64,000 nt of DNA from Bacteroidales bacterium (lineage in GTDB: Bacteria > Bacteroidota > Bacteroidia > Bacteroidales > PUMT01). The position numbers were made by a program, and so were the translations under genes. The stretch spans positions 457 to 64,456 of the forward strand of contig JAWODJ010000015.1 of NCBI GenBank assembly GCA_046483315.1, read 5' to 3'. The notes below the pieces were generated by a model. That model was given only the letters and a program-made list of their open reading frames with translations. It had not been told where the DNA came from and searched no databases. Each line of letters begins with the position of its first letter. Position 1 is the first letter of the stretch. Below are positions 59,868 through 64,000 of this stretch, piece by piece.

Positions 59868-60075
59868 GGCTCACAATACGCTTCGCTTGACGATAGCTCC
59901 GTGCTTCGCACTCCTGCTCCCTATTGCGAGCCATCGGACCCGGGAATAATCCCGGGCCCGTTACCGCCAAGTGTAAGAGACTGAACCGAACAGACAATTT
60001 GCTACTAAAAGACAAACAGTCCTCCCACAAAACAGCACATTTGCAATTGGCTTCGCCGAACTTCGTTTCACACAG
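59868..60075. other. unclassified GC-rich, stem-rich non-coding patch
   Basis: Lies in a 790-bp gene-free AT-rich gap. GGCTCACAATA (59868..59878) pairs with TATTGCGAGCC (59922..59932) over 11 positions. The single non-Watson-Crick position is G-U only if the transcript is minus-sense. There is also a CCCGGG-AATAAT-CCCGGG hairpin (59939..59956), and GACTG (59979..59983) pairs with CAGTC (60017..60021). Confidence 0.2.
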
Positions 60076-60149
60076 ACCGACACACAACCTAAAATTTCAA
60101 AAGAGCTGTTTCTTTTCAATCGCTAGGAGTAAATGACTATTTTTATAGT

Positions 60150-60959
60150 TTGATAAAAAAAACAATGGATAATAATAAGCAGAATATAATCATTTATAAA
60201 ACTGCTGATGGTAAAGCATCAGTAGCTCTATATGCAAAAGACGGCAATATTTGGATGAACCAAAACCAGCTTGCCGAACTTTTTGCCACCTCTGTCCCAA
60301 ACATTAGTATGCATATATCAAACATATTGAATGAAGGTGAGTTAGAGCATAATTCAGTTATTAAGGATTACTTAACAACTGCCGCTGATGGCAAAGAATA
60401 TAAAGTTACATTTTACTCGCTCGATATGATTTTGGCTATCGGTTTTCGAGTTCGTAGTAAACGAGGCACACAATTCAGGATTTGGGCAAACAAAAACCTG
60501 AAAGAATATATGGTAAAAGGGTTTGTAATGGATGATGACCGTTTAAAAAATCCAGATGGCAGACCTGACTATTTCGATGAATTGTTGGAACGGATACGCG
60601 ATATTCGGGCATCGGAAAAACGTTTTTACCAAAAAATTAAAGACTTATTTGCGCTTAGTAGCGATTATGATGCGGATGATAAATCAACTCAAATGTTCTT
60701 TGCCGAAACGCAAAACAAACTTCATTTTGCTGTAACAGGACAAACGGCTGCTGAATTGATTGTTTCTCGTGCAAATGCCGATAAACCGAATATGAATTTA
60801 ACCTCGTGGAAAGGTTCAATTGTTAGAAAACAAGACATTTTTATTGCAAAAAACTACCTAACCCACAACGAGATAGATACGCTCAATCGATTAGTAGTTA
60901 TTTTCCTTGAAAGTGCAGAGCTGAGAGCTAAAAACCGAATGAACATAAATCATATTTAA
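60150..60959 (+). pseudogene. RhuM-family protein, apparently C-terminally truncated
   Basis: 269 aa. NIIIYKTADGKASV..WMNQNQLAELF..IGFRVRSKRGTQFRIWANK..YFDELLERIRDIRASEKRFYQKI is the RhuM pattern. The ORF ends at ..AELRAKNRMNINHI, where full-length relatives as I recall them continue for about 60-70 more residues. Confidence 0.65.
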
Positions 60960-61151
60960 ATCAGGCTGATCTCCTTTTGCAAGTGATACCGCAAACATTA
61001 TCCGGAATTGCATTCAAACAGTTGAAACTAATACAATGAAAAAAGGGAATATTACAGAAGAGTTGTGGCTCATTGGAGTGGTTCCGAATTAACTTTATTA
61101 AATGTTTTAAAATTCTTTTCATATGGTTAACAAATTTGTTAACTTTGTGTT

Positions 61152-61499
61152 ATGATTAGAGAGATAAGGTTTTATAAAAATTATTTCATAGATTTCTATA
61201 TCTCACTTGATTCGTCTACCCAAGAGAAAATCGAATATGTTTTCAAAGTTATCCGGACTGTAGACAGGATACCTGAAAAATTTCTTAAACATATTGAGGG
61301 TACAGATGGACTTTACGAGATCAGGATAAAAGCTGGAAGTAATATTTATCGAGTCTTTTGTTGTTTTGATGCTGGCAGGATTGTGATTCTTTTTAATGGG
61401 TTCCAGAAGAAGAGTCAGAAGACACCCCGAAAAGAGATTACAAAAGCTATTAAACTTAAAGATGAGTATTTTACTAATATAAACGGAGACGAGTCATGA
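61152..61499 (+). CDS. type II toxin, RelE/ParE superfamily (Gp49/HigB-like)
   Basis: 115 aa. It has GTDGLYEIRIKAGSNIYRVFCCFDAGRIVILFNGFQKKSQKTP. The toxin-first order and the 4-bp overlap with an HTH gene fit a HigBA-type arrangement. Confidence 0.8.
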   Translation: MIREIRFYKNYFIDFYISLDSSTQEKIEYVFKVIRTVDRIPEKFLKHIEGTDGLYEIRIKAGSNIYRVFCCFDAGRIVILFNGFQKKSQKTPRKEITKAIKLKDEYFTNINGDES

Positions 61500-61795
61500 A
61501 GACAATTAAAGATGCCAAAACGTTTGACGAGTTACTTGATATAAAATATGGTAAACTTGGAACTCCAAAGAGAGATGAATTCGAGACCAATGCAAAAGCA
61601 TTTGTTATTGGAGAGATGATTAAAGATGCCAGAAAAGAAGCTCATATAACTCAAGAGGAATTGGCTCGTAAGACAGGGACTAAAAAGAGTTACATTTCCC
61701 GGGTTGAGAATGGGAAAATTGATATCCAAGTTTCCACCTTATTCAAGATATTTGAAGAAGGACTTGGTCGAAAAATTGGATTGATATATTTATAA
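61496..61795 (+). CDS. XRE-family HTH antitoxin (HigA-like)
   Basis: 99 aa with the HTH ITQEELARKTGTKKSYISRVENGK. The start overlaps the toxin stop (ATGA). Confidence 0.85.
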   Translation: MKTIKDAKTFDELLDIKYGKLGTPKRDEFETNAKAFVIGEMIKDARKEAHITQEELARKTGTKKSYISRVENGKIDIQVSTLFKIFEEGLGRKIGLIYL

Positions 61796-61895
61796 ATACC
61801 TACGACGCCACAACAAAGTGGATATTCCAGGCGGACACCTCGGGGAAATATTTCAACATAATGGACTTCACGGCAGACACCGCCGTCAATTTTTT

Positions 61896-61910
61896 CCCGC
61901 TTTCAGCGGG
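61896..61910 (+). terminator. weak hairpin downstream of the TA pair
   Basis: CCCGC-TTTCA-GCGGG followed by ATTTT. The stem and T-run are short. Confidence 0.25.
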
Positions 61911-62162
61911 ATTTTCGGAGGGCGCATTTTCCCTTGCGGAAAGATAGTTTTTTGGCGGATTTTTTGTTTTGCGTGCTGGCGTTTGGCTCTTTTGCAAAAG
62001 TTAGTGAATCCGGAATGGTTCGTGCTTTTGCAAATGTGCCAAACCGGAGACGGACAAAAAATATGACAAAAAACTATGTGAGGTAGGCTTTAACCTGATT
62101 ATTTTAACCAGTCTGGCGAAAAAACTCATCTAAAACATATAAATCAAGGTTTGCACCAATAA

Positions 62163-62351
62163 CTAAAAATCCACAATGACCGAAATAATCTCATCTATAT
62201 TTTTAAATCCTTTATCGGCCGTTATTAGCGGAATATTAAAATAATGGGCAGTGGCCGCAATAATGGCATCAGGTAATTTAAGGTTATTGGTTTTTCGAAT
62301 GTTAATGGCAGTATCTTTTATATTTCTACTTAAAAATCCAAATTGATATTT
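62163..62351 (-). pseudogene. PIN-domain (VapC-like) toxin, C-terminal remnant
   Basis: Hand translation gives KYQFGFLSRNIKDTAINIRKTNNLKLPDAIIAATAHYFNIPLITADKGFKNIDEIISVIVDF followed by a stop. The LPDAIIAATA...LITxDxxF block is the C-terminal PIN signature. There is no start codon, an in-frame stop sits at 62352..62354, and the N-terminal half is missing. Confidence 0.6.
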
Positions 62352-63797
62352 TTAAGCCGGGATTCACCCGGTTTTTGAACAAAGGCTACTCAATCGTGGC
62401 CAATTTGGTTTAACTCCACCCTTGAATACTTTGTATCCTTTGTCCTTTTGGCACAAATGCCACTTGATTTATTTGTTTTTGAGCTACTTGAACGTACCTC
62501 GCCCATATACTCTGGTGTTGGTTCTCATATTTACCTCCTTTCTCTGTTTTTATGCTGCTTCGATGAGCCTGTCAAGCTCTTCCCAGTCAGCTTTATAAAA
62601 ATGATGCTCATACATTTTAAGTTCTGTCTGGTGCCCACTCCTGGTTATTTTGGCGGGCACTGCAATAAACCAATTAATAAAACTGCGGTGTTCCTGCTTT
62701 TTAAACTTGTTTTTCCTTTGGCGCATCATTACCGATATGTTGTATGCCAATACACTTAACTGCCAGAGGATATCATTTGCCCAAAAGTCATCGGTTAACG
62801 TGCTTCCTGCCATCACATGCCCTTTTATCTGCTCAATCCATGTCTCGCTCGTGGAACGCTGCTTGTAGAGCTCATGTAACTCAATAGCATCCATATCATA
62901 ATTGCTGATATAACATGCGTATTGATATACCGGAACTATTTTATTCTCTCCCAGGTATGATACTTCAACATATTCCTTAACTGTCCTCATTGCTTTCAGT
63001 GTTCTGGAGCGTTGCCAGGATTTTGCCCGGTAGCTGAACTCGCATGTGGCAACATCTTTAAGTCCCTCTATATCAACCCATGTTTGTGCTTTTAACAAGT
63101 CCTCAAGGTTCTTGAGTTTAACTTTTACCAGGTAGTCCCAATTATAAGATTCCAGTACATCAAATAATTCTCCTGAAAAGAACCCGCTGTCTGCTCTGAA
63201 AAAAACTTTCCTAATATTCCGTGGCAGACTGGTTTGCACTTCCTTTAAGAATTCAACAATACCATTGGCTGTATATGCTGATCCGGATCTGAACCATGTA
63301 TGATAAAGCAGTTTCATCTCACTTACATAAACCAGCAGCGGATGGTAGCTTTTGGCTCCTTTCTTTGTCGTGTTAAATCCCTTCTCGGCGCCTTCCTGGT
63401 TGCCGCAAACAGATTTTACAGTGGAATCGGCATCCAGCGTTATACTTTCAAGTCCGCTCTCACTTAACCACCGGGCATTTTTTGACAGCAATAAGATTTG
63501 CAATTTGCGTGCACCGCCTTGCCCTAGACTCTTAAGCGTAGCAGATATGGCATTTTCGTTTATGCCCTTTTTCAATCTCAGCAGCGATTTTACCAATCCG
63601 TCCCCGCTAAAGGCAGAAATCCTGCAAATCCGGCTTATGCCACTTATCGAAGCCAGTGTTATTGCCATCAAAATCTGGTTGATACCAAACTTTGTGGCAT
63701 TATGCCACACGGTGGGGAAAGATGAACTGATGGATCTTATGATGTTTTGGCGGTTCATATATTTTGTAACTGATACTTAATGATTGAAATCTCTTCA
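62352..63797 (-). mobile_element. IS1380-family insertion sequence (boundaries approximate)
   Basis: The limits are only bracketed by the truncated PIN remnant on one side and the stop codon of the neighbouring gene (63798) on the other. I could not identify terminal inverted repeats by eye. Confidence 0.3.
62550..63758 (-). CDS. IS1380-family DDE transposase
   Basis: 402 aa. ITLDADSTV, RSGSAYTANGIVEFLKE, FFRADSGFF, YKQRSTSETWIEQIK and DFWANDILWQLSVLAYN parallel the ISEcp1-type transposase blocks (IDIDSSV, RSGNTYTANG, FRMDSGYF, YEKRGNAENYIKEAK, SFWANEA), recalled from memory. Confidence 0.85.
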   Translation of the reverse strand: MNRQNIIRSISSSFPTVWHNATKFGINQILMAITLASISGISRICRISAFSGDGLVKSLLRLKKGINENAISATLKSLGQGGARKLQILLLSKNARWLSESGLESITLDADSTVKSVCGNQEGAEKGFNTTKKGAKSYHPLLVYVSEMKLLYHTWFRSGSAYTANGIVEFLKEVQTSLPRNIRKVFFRADSGFFSGELFDVLESYNWDYLVKVKLKNLEDLLKAQTWVDIEGLKDVATCEFSYRAKSWQRSRTLKAMRTVKEYVEVSYLGENKIVPVYQYACYISNYDMDAIELHELYKQRSTSETWIEQIKGHVMAGSTLTDDFWANDILWQLSVLAYNISVMMRQRKNKFKKQEHRSFINWFIAVPAKITRSGHQTELKMYEHHFYKADWEELDRLIEAA

Positions 63798-64000
63798 TTA
63801 TCTTTCAATTTTTACTTTAGCCAGATATATAGATGATTTTCCTTCATGACTGGAATAATAAGACATCCAGAGCAAGTTTTGGTACCAGACAAATCCCGGA
63901 TAGCTGTTATCTCCACCGCTCGGGAAGATTAATTCCGGCGAATAGGAATTCAGACTCATTGGACCAATCGCCGTCTGGTTTTTCTTTCCCCCATAATATC
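63798..64000 (-). CDS. C-terminal end of a BNR/sialidase-fold-like protein (N-terminus beyond the window)
   Basis: Not in the ORF track. Hand translation entering from the window edge gives YYGGKKNQTAIGPMSLNSYSPELIFPSGGDNSYPGFVWYQNLLWMSYYSSHEGKSSIYLAKVKIER followed by a stop (TAA at 63800..63798). The ending resembles beta-propeller sialidase-like proteins. Confidence 0.45.
   Translation of the reverse strand, partial: YYGGKKNQTAIGPMSLNSYSPELIFPSGGDNSYPGFVWYQNLLWMSYYSSHEGKSSIYLAKVKIER

Noticed and set aside
59638-60087. 149-aa minus-strand ORF spanning the GC-rich patch
   Set aside because: The N-terminal half (CVGLCETKFGEANCKCAVLWEDCLSF..GPGLFPGPMARN) reads like a translated structured or GC-rich non-coding sequence. 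It has no recognisable domain, and no promoter box or partner genes. The AT-rich C-terminal part could at most be a gene remnant.
62030-62460. Inverted copies of GCAWWTGTGCCAAA (62030..62043 and 62447..62460) as possible IS or MITE terminal repeats
   Set aside because: Only 12 of 14 positions match. A rough estimate gives about one such match by chance in a 500-bp region. They also flank the PIN remnant rather than the transposase.
62340-63800. Terminal inverted repeats and target-site duplication of the IS1380-family element
   Set aside because: Comparing the 40 nt upstream of the transposase ATG with the 200 nt downstream of its stop gave no convincing inverted match by eye. The boundaries are therefore reported only as approximate.
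1-64000. CRISPR arrays, rRNA and tRNA genes
   Set aside because: I saw no regularly spaced direct repeats and no T-loop-like GGTTCGAATCC-type motifs or rRNA-like stretches in the intergenic regions. This is a by-eye scan only. tRNAscan-SE, barrnap and a CRISPR finder would be needed to be definitive.

Overview
This is a chromosomal segment with Bacteroidota hallmarks: TAnnTTTG -7 promoter boxes, a CarboxypepD_reg-type TonB-dependent receptor, lipoprotein/ECF-sigma modules and Tat-signal Gfo/Idh/MocA enzymes. It is almost entirely coding.

Gene content, left to right:
- 1-12.5 kb: a minus-strand glycan/amino-sugar block. It holds two alpha/beta hydrolases, NagB-like, an NRAMP-fold transporter lacking the metal motifs, NagA-like, three Tat-signal Gfo/Idh/MocA oxidoreductases (one GH109-like) and a TIM-barrel sugar isomerase/lyase-like protein.
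- 12.7-14.5 kb: two SDR/epimerase genes.
- 14.6-18.0 kb: an ECF sigma module flanked by DUF4382-like lipoproteins.
- 18.3-25 kb: housekeeping transporters and enzymes.
- 25.4-31.4 kb: a glucosamine-type block (GNAT, SIS, ROK kinase, GH2, type II PanK-like).
- 32.4-35.4 kb: the most interesting locus. An unannotated 32-codon Cys-containing ORF is followed by a radical SAM/SPASM maturase-like enzyme and a thioredoxin/thioredoxin-reductase fusion.
- 35.5-41.9 kb: a TonB receptor with a lipocalin-like lipoprotein, a methyltransferase, a GDPD enzyme and a TPR protein.
- 41.9-52.2 kb: a contiguous nine-gene heme biosynthesis operon, transcribed in the order hemA-C-D-B-L-E-N-Y-H.
- 53.0-59.4 kb: a K+ uptake block (TrkA, two TrkH) with an embedded KdpDE-like two-component system.
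- 59.4-63.8 kb: a more AT-rich mobile/addiction islet with a truncated RhuM, a HigB/HigA-like pair, a PIN remnant and an IS1380-family transposase.

Two edge-truncated genes are missing from the ORF track and were recovered by hand translation (1..1179 and 63798..64000). By eye I found no rRNA, tRNA or CRISPR array. Two GC-rich, apparently structured non-coding patches (about 39.07-39.18 kb and 59.87-60.08 kb) remain unclassified.
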